NCBI GenBank assembly: GCA_963702425.1 | Contig: CAVPCQ010000028.1 | Location: forward strand, 1 to 64,000 | Length of the DNA: 64,000 nucleotides | Direction of reading: 5' to 3' | Origin: an uncultured Acidobacteriota bacterium | Lineage (GTDB): Bacteria > Acidobacteriota > Polarisedimenticolia > J045 | In this document: piece by piece, positions 1 through 14,894 of the stretch | Numbering within the stretch: position 1 is the first letter of the stretch | Layout of the letters: every line of letters begins with the position of its first letter | Notes under the pieces: model-generated | The model's input: the letters and a program-made list of their open reading frames with translations, nothing else | Told to the model about the DNA's origin: nothing | Databases searched by the model: none | Program-made: the position numbers and the translations under genes

Positions 1-1977
<1,977 letters not shown>

Positions 1978-2023
1978 GGGCCGAGTATAGCGGAGCAGCG
2001 GTCGGGTCGCGGACGACGGACGC

Positions 2024-5000
2024 TCAGCCCGCGATGACGGCCTCGCCCATCGTCAGCTGCAGCCGGTGCACCGCGCCGTCGTCGACCAGCGGGATCGCCC
2101 GGGCGTCGACCGGCGCGCCGTCCAGCAGCGCCGCAGCGATGCCGCGGCTCGCGTGCCCGGGGTTGTCCACGCGGATCTCGTAGACGGTCTCCCCATGGCG
2201 CCAGCGCACGCGGAAGCCGTCCCACGAGCCGGGGATGCACGGCGCGAGCACGAAGCTGTCACCGCGGCGCCTGAGACCGAGGATCGACTCGAGACCGAGG
2301 CGGTACATCAGGGCCGCCGAGCCGGTGTACCAGGTCCAGCCGCCCCGCCCGATGTGCGCCGGGTGCGTGTAGACGTCGGCCGCCACCACGTACGGTTCCA
2401 CCTTGTAGCGCTCGACGGCGGCGGGCGTGCGGCTGTGGTTGATCGGATTCAGCATGTGGAACAGCTCGACCGCCTCGTCGCCGCTGCCCATTTGTGCGAT
2501 CGCCATCACCGCCCAGAGCGCCGCGTGCGTGTACTGGCCGCCGTTCTCGCGCACCCCCGGCGGGTAGCCCCGGATGTACCCGGGATCGAGCGCCGACTGG
2601 TCGAACGGCGGCGCGAGCAGCTGGATCACGCGGGAGTCGCGGCGCATCAACTGCATCCGCAGGCTGTCGAGCGCGCGCTCGGCGCGGGTGCGCGGCGCCG
2701 TGCCGGAGAGCACCGCCCAGCTCTGCGAGATCGAGTCGATCCGGCACTCGGCGTTCTGGGCCGAGCCGAGCGGCGTGCCGTCGTCGAAGTAGGCACGGCA
2801 GTACCAGTCGCCGTCCCAGGCCTGCTCCAGCATCGCGGCCAGGTGCTCGCGCTCGCCGGACCAGCGCGCCGCCCGCGCGGCGTCGCCGTGAGCGCGCGCG
2901 ATGGGCGCGAAATCGTGCAGGATGCTCGACAGGAACCACCCGAGCCACACGCTTTCCCCGCGCCCCTCCCGCCCCACGCGGTTCATGCCGTCGTTCCAAT
3001 CGCCGGCGCCGATCAGCGGCAGCCCATGCGCGCCCGCGGTCAGGCTGCGCTCGATCGCCCGCACGCAGTGCTCGTAGAGCGTGCCGCTCTGCGCCGACAC
3101 GACCGGCTGGCCGTACGCCTCCTGCTCCGCGGGACCGAGCGCCGGCGCCTCCAGGAACGGAACGCTCGTCTCGAGCAGCGCGCGATCGCCGGTCGACTTG
3201 ACGTAGTGTGCGACGGCGTAGGGGAGCCACAGGAGATCGTCGGAGCAGCGGGTGCGGACACCGCGGCCCGAGTGCTCGTGCCACCAGTGCTGGACGTCGC
3301 CCTCGACGAACTGGCGCGCGGCGGCGCGCAGCAGGTGGTCGCGGAAAACGTCCGGCCGCGCGAAGGTCAGGGCCATCACGTCCTGGAGCTGGTCCCGGAA
3401 GCCGTACGCTCCGCCCGGCTGGGAGAAGCCGGTGCGGCCCCAGATCCGCGACGTCAGCTCCTGGTAGATCAGCCAGCGGTTCATGATCAGGTCGAACGAG
3501 TCGTCCGGGGTCTCGACCTCGATCGCGCCGAGCATCTCGTTCCAGCGATAGTCGACCTCCTCGAGCGCCCGGTGCGCGGCGGCGCTGCCGGCCAGGCGGC
3601 GCGCCAGCACGAGGGCGTGCTCGCGGTCGTCCCCCTGTCCGAGCACGAGCACGACCTCGCGCGTCTCGCCGGGCGGGATGTCGACCCGGACCTGGAGCGT
3701 GGCGCACGGGTCGAGGCCGGCGCCGAAGCGCCGTCCGAGGGATTCGCGCGTCAGCGCCGCCGGGCGACGCAGCGAGCCGTTGCGGCCCAGGAACTCCAGC
3801 CGGTCGCCGGTGGCCGAGGCGGGCGCGGGGTCCGAGTGCACGAACGCCACGCGGCCGGCGAAATCGGCGTTGTAGGGGTTGCGCGCCAGCACCGCGCCGG
3901 TCTCGGGGTCCTGCTCGGTGATCACGAAGCGGTGATCGCCCGAGCGCGGCGGGCACATCGCCCACTCGTGATGGGCGAAGACGCTGATTCGCCGGGCACG
4001 GCCGGTCGTGTTGGTCAGGGACAGCAGCGAGAGCTTGACCGGCTCGTCGGCGTGGACGAACACCGCGAGCTCGCTGACGATCCCGTGCGCGCCGTGGGCG
4101 AAGCGCGTCACCCCGGCGCCGTGGCGCGTCACCCAGCGGCGGCCGTCGCGCCGTCGCGGCAACGGACCCGGGGTCGCGCCCCAGATCTCGCCGCCCTCCT
4201 CGTCGCGCAGGTAGAGGGCCTCGCCGCTGAATTCGCTCACCGGATCGTTGCCGAAAGGAGTGAGGCGGTTCTCGCGGCTGTTGCCGGACCAGGTCCAGGA
4301 CGCCCCGCTGGCCCCGACCACGGTGCCGAAGCGGTCGTTGGCGATGACGTTGACCCACGGCATCGGGGTGTCTTCGTCGCCGCGCAGCACGACGGCGTAC
4401 TCGCGGCCTCCGGCGGTGAAGCCGCCGAGCCCGTTGGCGTGCGTCAGCGGCGGCGTCTCGACCTCGGGACCGGCGCTGTCGGGAACTGCCGCCTCGGGGT
4501 CGAGGCTCGGCACCAGCGCGGCGGGCCAGTCCGGCTCGCGGTACGGCAATCCGAGCTGGTCGGCGAGCGCGCCGCGGTCGCCGCTCAGCACCGCGCGCGC
4601 CGCGGCCATCAGCAGCACGCGCTCCGGCTCGGCCATGACGTCGCCGCGCAGCAGGAAGACGCCCCCGGGCCGGTGCTTCCAGGCTGCCCAGGGGCCGGTC
4701 TCGAGCACCGCCTGGAGCTGCTCGTGGATCTCGTCCAGGTAGCTCGCCGGGTGCTCGTTCAGGATCACCAGCTCCGCGCTCAGGCCTTTGAGCCGCCAGT
4801 ACTCCTGCGCGCGCAGCGCCTGGCGGACCAGCGGCAGGTCGTTCTCCTCGAGCACGCGGACGACCAGGATCGGCAGGTCTCCCGAGATGCCGTGCGGCCA
4901 GAAGCCGGGCTGCCCGAGCGTGTTCCGCGCCAGGAACTCGGGCGGCGCGCGCAGCGCCGCGTCGGTCCACAGCACGTGCGACGCGAGCTGCTCGTAGAGC

Positions 5001-8000
5001 TGGGCCTCGTCGCTCGAGATCCCGAGGTGACGCAGCCGCATCCGGGTCTGCGTGGTGGCAAGCGCGAAGGTGCGGGCGGCCGAGGCGGGATCGTCGTACT
5101 TCTCGGCCAGCGCGATCGCCGCGGCGCGGCTGGTCGTGACGCCGGTCGCGAACGAGAGGCGCACCTGCCCCCCCGGCGCGATCCGGACCCGCCGGCGCAG
5201 GCTCAGCACCGGGTCGAGCACGGCCCCGGTCGTTCCCGAGAGCGCCCGGCCGTCGAGCGCCACGGGGTTCTCGGGCGTGCGACCGCGGCCGAGGAAGCGC
5301 GCGCGGTCGGTCTCCCACTCGATCGCGCCCTGGACGCCGCCCTCGACGCTCAGCACGTGCACCGCCCACGGCGTCATCTCGCCCGCCGCGCGCGGCCGGC
5401 GCCCGCAGAGCAGCGCCGAACACTCGGGCCGGTACTCGGTCTCGAGGAACAGCTTGAGGAACGCGGGGTGGGCGAGATCCTCGGCCAGCGGCGCGAGGAC
5501 GACCTCGACCAGGCTCGTCACCTCGACCTCGCGCAGGCGGTCGCTGGCGTTGACCAGCGTGACGCGCCGCACCTCGACGTCGTCCTCGGGCGACACCGTG
5601 ATCTCGAGCCGGGTCTCGATCCCGTCGTCGGAGCGGTTGAAGACCGCCTCGTCGGCGCGGAAGCTCGCCCGGTAGCTCTCCGGCTCGCGGCACACCGGCT
5701 GATACGTGGCCGACCAGAGCAGGCCGCTGCGCACGTCGCGCAGGTAGATGAACTGACTGCCCGGATCGGTGACCGGGTCCTCGCGCTGACGGGTGACGAG
5801 CTGCCCGCGCCAACTGCTCGCGCCGCCCCCGGCGTTGGTGACCACCACGGTGTACTGCCCGTTCGAGAGGAAGTGGGCCGCCGGGTAGAGCGTGTGCGGC
5901 GTGCGGAAGCGCCGCGGCGAGACCGCGACCGCCAGCGGCTCGACGCGCGTGGACTCGGCCGGCCGCGGCTGGCTGATCGGCACGAAGCGCGGCACGCGCT
6001 CCTGCAGCAGCGGCTCGGTGGCCTGGACGCGCGGGTCGGAGTGGAAGCGCCGGACCATCGGCGAGCCGAGCACGACGTTGGCGAGCGCCACCAGGCTCAT
6101 CCCCTGGTGGTGGGCGAGGAACGCCCGCACGACCTGGAGCCGCGGCTCGTCGTGCTGGGGCCCGTCCTCGGCAGGCAGCGACTTGCGCGGCGTGAAGTCG
6201 AGCGCCTCGTAGCAGCCGAAGCGGCGCGCGGCGCCCTCGCGCGCCAGGCGGCGGAAGTTCGCTGCCGCGGCGGCGGGATCCACCATGGCGGCGAGCGCGG
6301 TCGCGTAAGGGGCGATCACGAGGTCTTCGCCCAGTCCGCGCTTCAGTCCCAGGCCCGGCACCCCGAACGCCTTGTACTGGTAGCTGCCGTGCTGGTCCAC
6401 CACGCCGAAGGCCGACTCCGAGATCCCCCACGGCACGCGCTGGCGCCGGCCGTAGCGGATCTGCGCCTCGACCACCGCGCGGCAGGTGCCTTCGAGCAGC
6501 GTCTCGGCGTGACTGCGCAGCACCAGCAGCGGCATCAGGTACTCGAACATCGAGCCGCTCCACGAGACCAGCGTGGTGTGCCCTTCGACGCTCACCAGCG
6601 CCCGCGAGAGGCGGAACCAGTGCTCCTGCGGCACGTCCCCGCGCGCAATGGCGATGAAGCTGGCCAGCCGGGCCTCGGAGGCGAGCAGGTCGTAGAACGA
6701 GTCGTCGAGGCGGCCGGGGCCCTCGGCATCGGCGAGCCGGAAGCCGATCGAGAAGATCCCGCGCTCGCGGTCGTAGAGGAACGTCCAGTCCATCCGATCG
6801 GCCAGGGCATCGCTGCGGAGCGCCAGCGCGAGCAGCCGCGCTCGCAGCAGGTCGTCCGGCTCGCCGCTCTCCGCCGGTGCGGCGAGCATCGCGGCGAGCG
6901 AGCGGACCCATCCCGCGACCTCCGCCGCGGCTGCACCGTCCGCCGAAGCCGCGTCGCCCGGGAGATCGGCCTCGATCTGCTCCAGCGCGGCCTCCAGCGG
7001 CTCGACGTGCCGGCGGGCTTCCTCGAGGCGGAGCGCGGCCGGCCCGTTGCCCGCGAGCGCCGGACGCATCCTCTCCAGCACCCGCGCCGCGGCGGCGGCG
7101 CCCGGCGAGGGCGCGGCCGCGGCGTGCGAGGGCCGGGTCAACGCCGCCAGCGCTTCGGCGAGCACCCCGAGCGTGTCCGCGGCGCCGGCGCACAGCCGGT
7201 CGTCGTCCCCGTCCAAGGACAGCGCGGCGAGCTCGCGCAGGCCGCCGGCGAGCGTCATGAGCGACGCCGCCAGGTTGCCGCTGTCGACGGTCGAGACGTA
7301 ACGCGGCGCGAGCGGCGCCAGGCTCGTCGTGTCGTACCAGTTGAGCAGGTGGCCCTCGTACGGCTCCAGCGCCTCGACGGTGCCGAGCATCGCCTCGAGC
7401 CGGTCGGCGAGCGCGCCGGTCCGCAGGTAGCCCAGGTCGTGGGCCGCCAGCGTCGAGAGCAGGCCCATGCCGACGTTGGTGGGCGAGGTGCGATGGGCGA
7501 TCCGCAGCTCCGGCATCTCCTGGACGTTGTCGGGCGGCAGCCAGCGATCCTCCGCGGTCACGAAGCGATCGAAGTAGGCCCAGGTCCGGCGCGCCAGCCG
7601 GCGGAACTGCGCGGCGTCGGCCTCGCCGACCACGAAGCGCCGAGGGACCACGGGGCGGCTCAGCCACCAGGCGATCAGCGGCGAGGCCAGCCACAGCGCG
7701 ACGAACGGCAGCGCCACGGGGAGCGCCGCTCCGCGGGTCGGCAGCAGGCCCAGGAGCACCGCCAGCGCCGCCGCGGGGCCGGCCCACATCTCGGCCGCGA
7801 ACAGGCGCACGCCCCGCAGCGCGAGCAGCCGCGCGCCGCGCGCCGCGCTCGCGGCCGCGGTCTCCCACTCGAGCAGCCGGCGCTGCGTGAGCACCATGCG
7901 GACGAGCGTCAGCCCGATCGCGTGGAGCATCTCCCAGGCGTGGTAGGGGAGCAGCGTGATGTCGAGCAGCACCTGCGCGCCCGCCGTCTGGAACTCCGCG

Positions 8001-10664
8001 CCGACGTCGCGCAGGAAGACTCCCAGCGGCTGCAGCGGGCGCGGACCGCGGGCGAAGTGGATGAGCGGCGGGAGCAGCGGGAACCCGAGCACCGCCAGCG
8101 CGGCGACCGTCCAGGCCGAGCGGCGAGCCGGGAAGCCAGGTCCAGGCCGAGACCAGCAGCGCGAGCAGCGCAGGCGCCATCAGGCTGCGCCGCAGGTTGT
8201 CGAGGATCTTCCAGCGGCCGATCAGCGGCAGGCGACTGCGCTCGAGGCCGCGCGGCGTCGGCACCAGCGGCAGCGTCCAGAGCAGGATCTGCCAGTCGCC
8301 GCGCACCCAGCGGTGCTGGCGCCGGGTGTGGGCCAGCACGCTCGACGGGAAGTCGTCCACGACCTCGACGTCCGAGACCAGCGCGCAGCGGGCGTACAGC
8401 CCCTCGAACAGGTCGTGGGACAGCATCGCGTTCTCGGGGACCCGCCCGTCGAGCGCCGAGCTGAACGCCTCGACGTCGTAGAGCCCCTTGCCGGTGAAGC
8501 TGCCCTCGCCGAAGAGGTCCTGGTAGGTGTCCGAGACCGCGGTGCTGTAGGGGTCGATGCCGGTGTGCCCGGCGTAGACGCGCGCGAACAGCGACCCGGC
8601 GGCGCTGGCCATCGTCACGCTGACCCGCGGCTGGAGAATCCCGTAGCCTTCGACCACGCGGCCGAGCGCGGGATCGAAGCGCGGTCGGTTGAGCGGATGC
8701 TCGATCACGCTGATCAGCCGGCGGGCGGTGTCGCGGGGCAGGCGGGTGTCGCTGTCGAGCGTGATGCAGTAGCGGACCCGCGGCAGGATCTCCGAGTCGC
8801 CGACCGAGACCACGAAGCTGGTGTCGGCGGCGCCGCGGAGCAGGCGGTTGAACTCCTCGATCTTACCGCGCTTGCGCTCCCAGCCCATCCACACGCCCTC
8901 GCTGTCGTTCCAGCGGCGCGCGCGGTGGAAGAGGAAGAACCGGCTCCCGGCGTCCGCGTAGCGGGCGTTGAGCGCCTCGATCCCGGCGATCGCCGCCTGG
9001 AGCGCTTCCTCCTCGCCGGGCACGTGCTCGGCGGGGGCGTCCGGGTAGTCGGTGAGCAGCGCGAAGTGAACGTGGCGGTCCATGTTGCCGAGCGCGTGGA
9101 CCTCGAGCCGGTCGACCAGCGCGCGGGCGACCTCCGCCGACGTGAGCAAAGTCGGCACGATCACCATGGTTCGCGCCGACTCCGGGACGCCGCCGCGCAG
9201 GTCGAGCCGCGGCAGCAGCCGCGGCCGGGCGAAGCGGTGGACGACGCGATGCAACAGGGCGACGGCGAGATCGCTGGCCGGGAGGAGCGCGACGGCCGCC
9301 ACCCAGGGGAGCATCCAGCCCGGCGCGTGGGCTGCCCGCGCCATCGCCAGCGCGAGCGCCACGCCGAGGGCCGTGAGCAGCGCGATCGAGCCCAGGTACA
9401 AGGGTGTTGCGTACGCGAACAGCACGCGCCGCGCCCGCTGAGGCAGGCGCGGGCGATAGGCGACGTCCAGCTCGAGCTCGCGGCGGCCCGGTCCGATCAG
9501 GTGATAGCCGACGTGCGACGCCCTCGTCGCGGGTCCCGGCTTCTCGGCCACCTGGCGCGCGCTCTCGATCGCGCGGAGCGCGACGCGCACCTGCGCCTCG
9601 CCGGTCGGATCGGCCAGCTCCTCGACCGCGTGCCGGTAACTGTCGCGGCTCGTGAAGTCCATGCGCGCGTAGGTGCCGGACGGATCGCGCTGCAGGATCT
9701 GCTCGACCAGGCTGACGTGCTCGACGTACCGCTTCCAGTCCAGCGTCCCGCAGAGGCGGAGGCTGGTGATGGAGTTCCCCATCGAGATGTGGCCCATCGC
9801 CTGGCGCTGGTGCTCGGCGCGGACGGCTTCTTCGACCGTCGTGCCGCTGGCGCTCAGCCGCTCCTCGAGCTGCTTCCGCAGCCCGGACGACAGCGCACCG
9901 TACTCGCGCATCCGCTGCAGGAGCTGGTCGACGAACGCGACGTGGATCACCTTCGGCAGCGGCGGCACGCGACCGTGCGCCTGCGCCTGCTCGAAGCCGG
10001 CGATGAAGCGGTCGACCTCGAGGCGCGCCGCGCGGCTCTCGAGCAGCTCGTCCGAGAGCCGGCGCACGTGCTCGATCAGGGCCAGCTTGAGCATGCTGGG
10101 CCACGCCCACAGCTCGCCCATCCCGAGCGGAGCGACCGTCTGGTAGGCGTTCATGAACCGCGTGAGCCGCTGCAGGTCGAGCCGCGCGTCGCTGCTGCGC
10201 AGCAGCTCGACGGCCATCGCGTGGACCCGCGCCCTTCCGGCCAGCTCGCGGGTTGCGAGCTTGGGCAGCTCCGCGTAGTAGCGCGCCGGCAGGTCGTGAC
10301 GGATCTCGCGGATCTCGCCCTCGACCAGGTGGAAGTTGTCGAGCAGCCACTCGCCCGCGGGGACCAGCGCCTCACCGCGGCGTACGTCGCCGGCGAGCGT
10401 GCGGTAGGCGTGACGCAGCGCACGCGCGTCGTCGGCGAGCCGGCGGAGCGGGTCGAGCGGGCCGCGCTGCGGACCGCGCGCCAGCGTGAAGCCGGCGGCG
10501 AGCGACCGGGCGCGCTCTTCGAGCTGCTCGAGGCCCAGGAGTTCCCCATGGAGGGGGCTGGAGTCGAGTCCGATCGGACGCAGACGCGTCGCGGCGGATG
10601 GCGTGGGAGAAGCGTGGCGCGCGGAGGCGCGCTCCAGAGGCAGCGAAGGAAGCTCCTTTTCCAC
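2024..10664 (-). CDS. ndvB: Cyclic beta-1,2-glucan synthase (Cgs/NdvB/ChvB type; GT84 region + GH94-like C-terminus), ~2880 aa, one frameshift at ~8116
   Basis: N-half in ORF 2259..10664 ([47 protein letters not shown]) joins ORF 2024..8092 ([67 protein letters not shown]) if one G is removed in CTC-GG-CC-TGG at 8116-8117. Confidence 0.93.
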
Positions 10665-10788
10665 TGCGGACCGATTCGAGAGTGTTCGGCCGCTCAGGAC
10701 ACCGAGACCCTAAGCCATGCTAGCACGGAGGTGCGATCCGGGCTGCGCGGCATGGCCGACCGCGCCGGCCGCGCCCGTTGCGCGGGAT

Positions 10789-13786
10789 TCACGATCCGCT
10801 GCCGGATCCGACGGGCCCGAGGTAGCGGTCCAGCCACTGCAGCGACTCCCGGATCATCTCCGTCCGTGGCACGGAGTGCCCCCCGGGGAAGACCAGCCGC
10901 TTCTTGTGCTCCGCCGGCGTGCCGAGCAGCTCGAACATCGGGCGCTGCGAGGTCTCGGAGGGGAAGAAGAAGTCCAGCTCGCCGTTGAGGATCAGCGTCG
11001 GCTGCGTCACGCGGCCGAGGTAGTTGATCGCGTCGGCCTCCGGGAGCGCGCGCTGAAAGCACAACCCGGCGACGTAGAGCACGTTCACCTTGATGCGCTT
11101 TTCCACCGCCGGCATGGTCGCTCCCAGCGCCCCGCCCCAGCTCAGGCCGTAATAGGCGATGCGGCTGGCGTCGATGTCCGATCGTGATTCGAGGTAGTCG
11201 ATCGAGCGGCCCAGGTCCTTGCCCCACATGATCACGTAGTCCTTGTAGGCGGTCGTCTCCTCCGGGTAGTCCGACTTCAGGTCGCCGCCGCGCTCGTACG
11301 TTCCCTTGAGGATCGGGAGGAGCACGGCGCGCCCGCCCTTGACCAGGAAGTCGACGCGGCCGAGTTCGAGCGACTCGCTGGAGCGGGTGCTGATCGCCCC
11401 CGACCCGGGGAAGTAGATGACGGCCTGGTAGGGCGGCTTGCCCGCCGCCGGAAGGAACAGGTAGGCCATCATCCGCTCGCCGCCGTAGGCCGCGTCGAAC
11501 GTGATCTTCTGGCGGACGCCGGACGAGACCTGTTTCTCTTCCTCGATCTTCGCGTCGAGCGGCGTCCTGTCGTACGCGAACTGGCGCAGGTAGAGCGCGA
11601 AGACCTCGTCCGGGACCGGCTTCTCCGCGAGAAAGTCGCGGTGCGGCCGGCCGATGGCGCGCTGCAGCGCCACGGCGTTGGTCTCCGGCTCGAGTGCGCG
11701 GATGCAGCGGAACCCGTTGGTCGGCGAGCGGTCGAAGGGCGGCTGCGCGTAGGCGTCGACGAAGCCGTAGTCGGGGTCGTTCCAGCCGCCGCCGAGGATG
11801 AAGCGCTCGACACCGGGGTCGCCGGTGTTCCAGACCCACTCGCGGACGTTGCCGGCGAGGTCCTCGACGCCGAAGCGGTTCGCGCTCCGCGTCGAGCCGA
11901 CGGCGACGGGACTGCTGCCCGCCAGGTTGGCCATCGGGACGATCCGCGCGCTGGCCACCGTGTAGGCGACGCGGTTCCAGTGGAAGATCGTGGGGAGGCT
12001 CTTCCCGGCCCACTCGGCGTAGGCCGCGGCCTCGTACCAGCTCACGCCCGACACCGGGTAGTCGTCGCGGCCGTCGGGATAGGTCCCGACCTCCCACGTC
12101 GCGGGCCCGGTCCGCCCGGTGCGGTCGGTGAAGCGTGCCATCGCCTCGGCGAAGGTCAGCTCGCGGTCCGCATCGACGAACGGCTGCCGCCAGTACTGCG
12201 CGTCGGCGTACCCGCCCGCGTCGACGAAGCGCTTGTACTCGCGATTCGTCACCTCGTACCGGTCGATCGCGAAGGCGCCCATCGGCTCCTTCTTCAGGTG
12301 ATCGAGGCCGGGGATGAACATGCTGAAGGACCCGGCAGGAACGCGGGCCATCCCGTCCGGAATCTCGCCGGACCCGACGAACCGGTAGTTCCAGTCGTCG
12401 CCGGCGAAGGCGACGTTCCAGATCAGGTCGTCGATGTCGAGCTTGCCGGCGAGCGCGAGCCGGACCCGCGTGAAGCCGAGCGGGTAGCGCACCTTCTCGA
12501 GCGGCGTCGTCCCGATCGGGACCGGGTCCGCGTCGGGCTCGTCGTAGTACCGCGCGGTAGACCGCGGCACCCGGCGGATCGGAAGTGATCGCGATCTCGC
12601 GCGTGAAGCGCGGCCAGAGCTTCTCGAGCCGCGGATCGCCCGGCGCCGCCTCTTCGATCTTCCGGGCCAGCAGGTACGCGTCCCAGCTCTCGCGTCCCTC
12701 CTGCAGCCCCTGGATCCGCTCGACGATCTCCTCGAGCTGCGGCAGCGCCTCGTCCCGGACCCAGCGCTCCTTCGCGCTGCGCTGGTACCACAAGGCACCG
12801 AGCGCGGCGAACACGATCGCGGCGGCCAGGCCCGCCGCGATCCAGCGGCCCCGGCCCGGCTTCGCCGCGGGCGAGGGGCGAAGGGGCGGTGCCGGCGGCT
12901 TCGCCGGGGCTGCGCCGGCTGGAGCGGAGACCAGGCTGCCCTGCAGCGCCCGCAGCTCGCCGCGCAGCTCGGACGCGTCCGCGTAGCGCGCGCCGGGGTC
13001 CTTCTCGAGGCAGCGGCGGACGATCCGGTCGAGCGGCACGGGAACGCCGGGCTGGAGCGTCGTGACCGATTCCGGCGTGTCGCGCAGGATCGAGGAGAGG
13101 ATCGAGACGGCGTTGTCGCCGCCGAACGGCCGGTGACCCGTGGCCATCTCGTACAGGATGATGCCGAGCGAGAAGACGTCGGAGCGCGGGTCGACGGGCT
13201 TGCCCTGCGCCTGCTCCGGAGACATGTACGCGACGGTGCCGAGCAGGCTTCCCTGCTGCGTCATCGTGGCCCCACGCAGTTCGGTGGGCGAGTCGGGCGA
13301 CGCGGCGATCGCACCCAGCTTCGCCAGGCCGAAGTCGAGCACCTTCAGCCGCCCCTCGTCGTCGATCATGATGTTGTCGGGCTTGAGGTCGCGGTGGGTC
13401 ACGCGCTGCCTGTGTGCCGCCGCCAGCGCGTCGGCGGCCGCGAGCGCCAGCTCGAGCACGCGCCCGGGCGCGAGGCCGCGCGCGATCTCCTCGGTGAGCG
13501 TCCGCCCGCGGACCAGCTCCATCGCCAGGAAGCGCACCCCGCCGTCCTCGTGCAGCCCGTAGACGGCGGCGATGTTCGGGTGGTTCAGCGAGGCGAGGAC
13601 CTTCGCCTCGCGCTCGAACCGCGCGAGGCGCTCCGGGTCGGCGGCGAACGCCGCGGGCAGGATCTTGATCGCGACCTCGCGATCGAGCGTCGTGTCGACG
13701 GCCCGCCAGACCTCGCCCATCCCGCCCCGGCCGATCGGCTCGACGAGGCGGTAGTGGAGCAGCATCCGGCCGGGTTCCAGGCTCAC
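10789..13786 (-). CDS. Ser/Thr kinase - TM - FGE/SUMF1-like domain - alpha/beta hydrolase fusion, frameshift at ~12556
   Basis: GTG 13786 with GGGAGGT RBS; IGRGGMGEV, HRDLKPDN, DFGLAK, YMSPE; TM WIAAGLAAAIVFAALGALW. After removing one C at 12556-12557 it continues into FGE motifs (DRYEVTN, PVSGVSWYEAAAY, DLAGNVREW, GFRC) and hydrolase motifs (GLSWGG, GELD, GGH). Confidence 0.88.
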
Positions 13787-13839
13787 TCTGACCTCCCGCG
13801 CGGGCAGGATGATACGCGGGGCGGGCGCTCCGCGCGCGG

Positions 13840-14892
13840 TCAGACCTCCGCGACCGTGATCCGCGCCAGGTCGGCCTCGCCCAGCCCGATGCGCGCCCCC
13901 TCCGCGATCCACTTCGGGGCGCGCCCCTCGGCGGCGAGCGTGGGGAGCCCGACCTCCTTCCGGCGGTCCTCCAGCACGCTCCGGCCGACCGCGTCGAGCG
14001 CGACCGGATCGGTCGAGACGAGCAGACCCCCGTAGGACCAGGTCCAGCGCGGGCTGTACATCGGCCCGCCGTGGCACTGCGCGGTCAGGCCGTCGACGAT
14101 CGTCAGCCGCAGCCTGTCGTGGATCAGCGGAAAGGCTGCGAGGTGCGCGATGAACGGATGGCACCCGTCGTCGTGGCAGCGCTGCGGGTTGTGGATCACT
14201 CCATACCAGTCCTTCATCCCGAGCGCGACGCCCGCTTCTCCGCCGTCCTTCAGGACGCCGACGTTGATCAGCGCGGTGATGTCGTCGACGAAGATCCGGG
14301 GGAAGCGCGAAGACCGCGGCCCCCAGTCGCGCCACCGCCACTCGAAGTCGCCGTCGGTGCCGATCACCTGCACGCCGTCGCCGGAGCGGTTGGGCGGGAA
14401 GCCGGCCCGCGCCAGCTCCCGCTCGTCGCGTTCGAGGATGACGATCTGGCGGGCCGCCACGCCGGCCTCCTGGAGCCACCTCGTGATGCGGCCGACGACC
14501 TCCGGACGGGCGGACATCGCCTTCCCGGCGAGCGCGTTGATCTTGATCCCGACCACGTCGCGCGGGCTGAAAAGCCGGCGGAAGCCGTCGATGGCGGTGG
14601 CCTCTCCGGCGGCGCAGGCGATGGCCGCGCCGAGCGCCTCCTCGAGCAGGATCGGATCGGCGGCCCCGCCGCCCGCCGGGAGGATCCCGTCGCGCCGGGC
14701 GCGGTAGACGACCGGCTTCGACGGCGCTGACTTCGGCGAGGGGAGCGGCCCCGGCACGGCGTCGGATGCGCCGCCTCCGGAGCGGGAGCCTCCGTCGCCC
14801 TTCGAGCATCCCACGAGAGCGACACCGGCGACCGGCGCGGCCGCCGCGCCGATCAGCAGCGCCGAGGTGATCCGCCGCCGCGTCCTGTCCAT
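13840..14892 (-). CDS. DUF362 domain protein with twin-arginine/lipoprotein-like N-terminus
   Basis: MDRTRRR..ALVGC leader; DVVGIKIN, INVGVLKD, LGMKDWYG, LTIVDG, STDPVALD are typical DUF362 motifs. Confidence 0.75.
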   Translation of the reverse strand: MDRTRRRITSALLIGAAAAPVAGVALVGCSKGDGGSRSGGGASDAVPGPLPSPKSAPSKPVVYRARRDGILPAGGGAADPILLEEALGAAIACAAGEATAIDGFRRLFSPRDVVGIKINALAGKAMSARPEVVGRITRWLQEAGVAARQIVILERDERELARAGFPPNRSGDGVQVIGTDGDFEWRWRDWGPRSSRFPRIFVDDITALINVGVLKDGGEAGVALGMKDWYGVIHNPQRCHDDGCHPFIAHLAAFPLIHDRLRLTIVDGLTAQCHGGPMYSPRWTWSYGGLLVSTDPVALDAVGRSVLEDRRKEVGLPTLAAEGRAPKWIAEGARIGLGEADLARITVAEV

Positions 14893-14894
14893 GG

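Noticed and set aside
2066-8464. Very long antisense or alternate-frame ORFs (e.g. 2066..8464 +, 34138..38247 +, 14997..19508 +, 60104..63490 -)
   Set aside because: Shadow ORFs expected at high GC opposite genuine genes; Arg/Ala/Pro-rich with no motifs.
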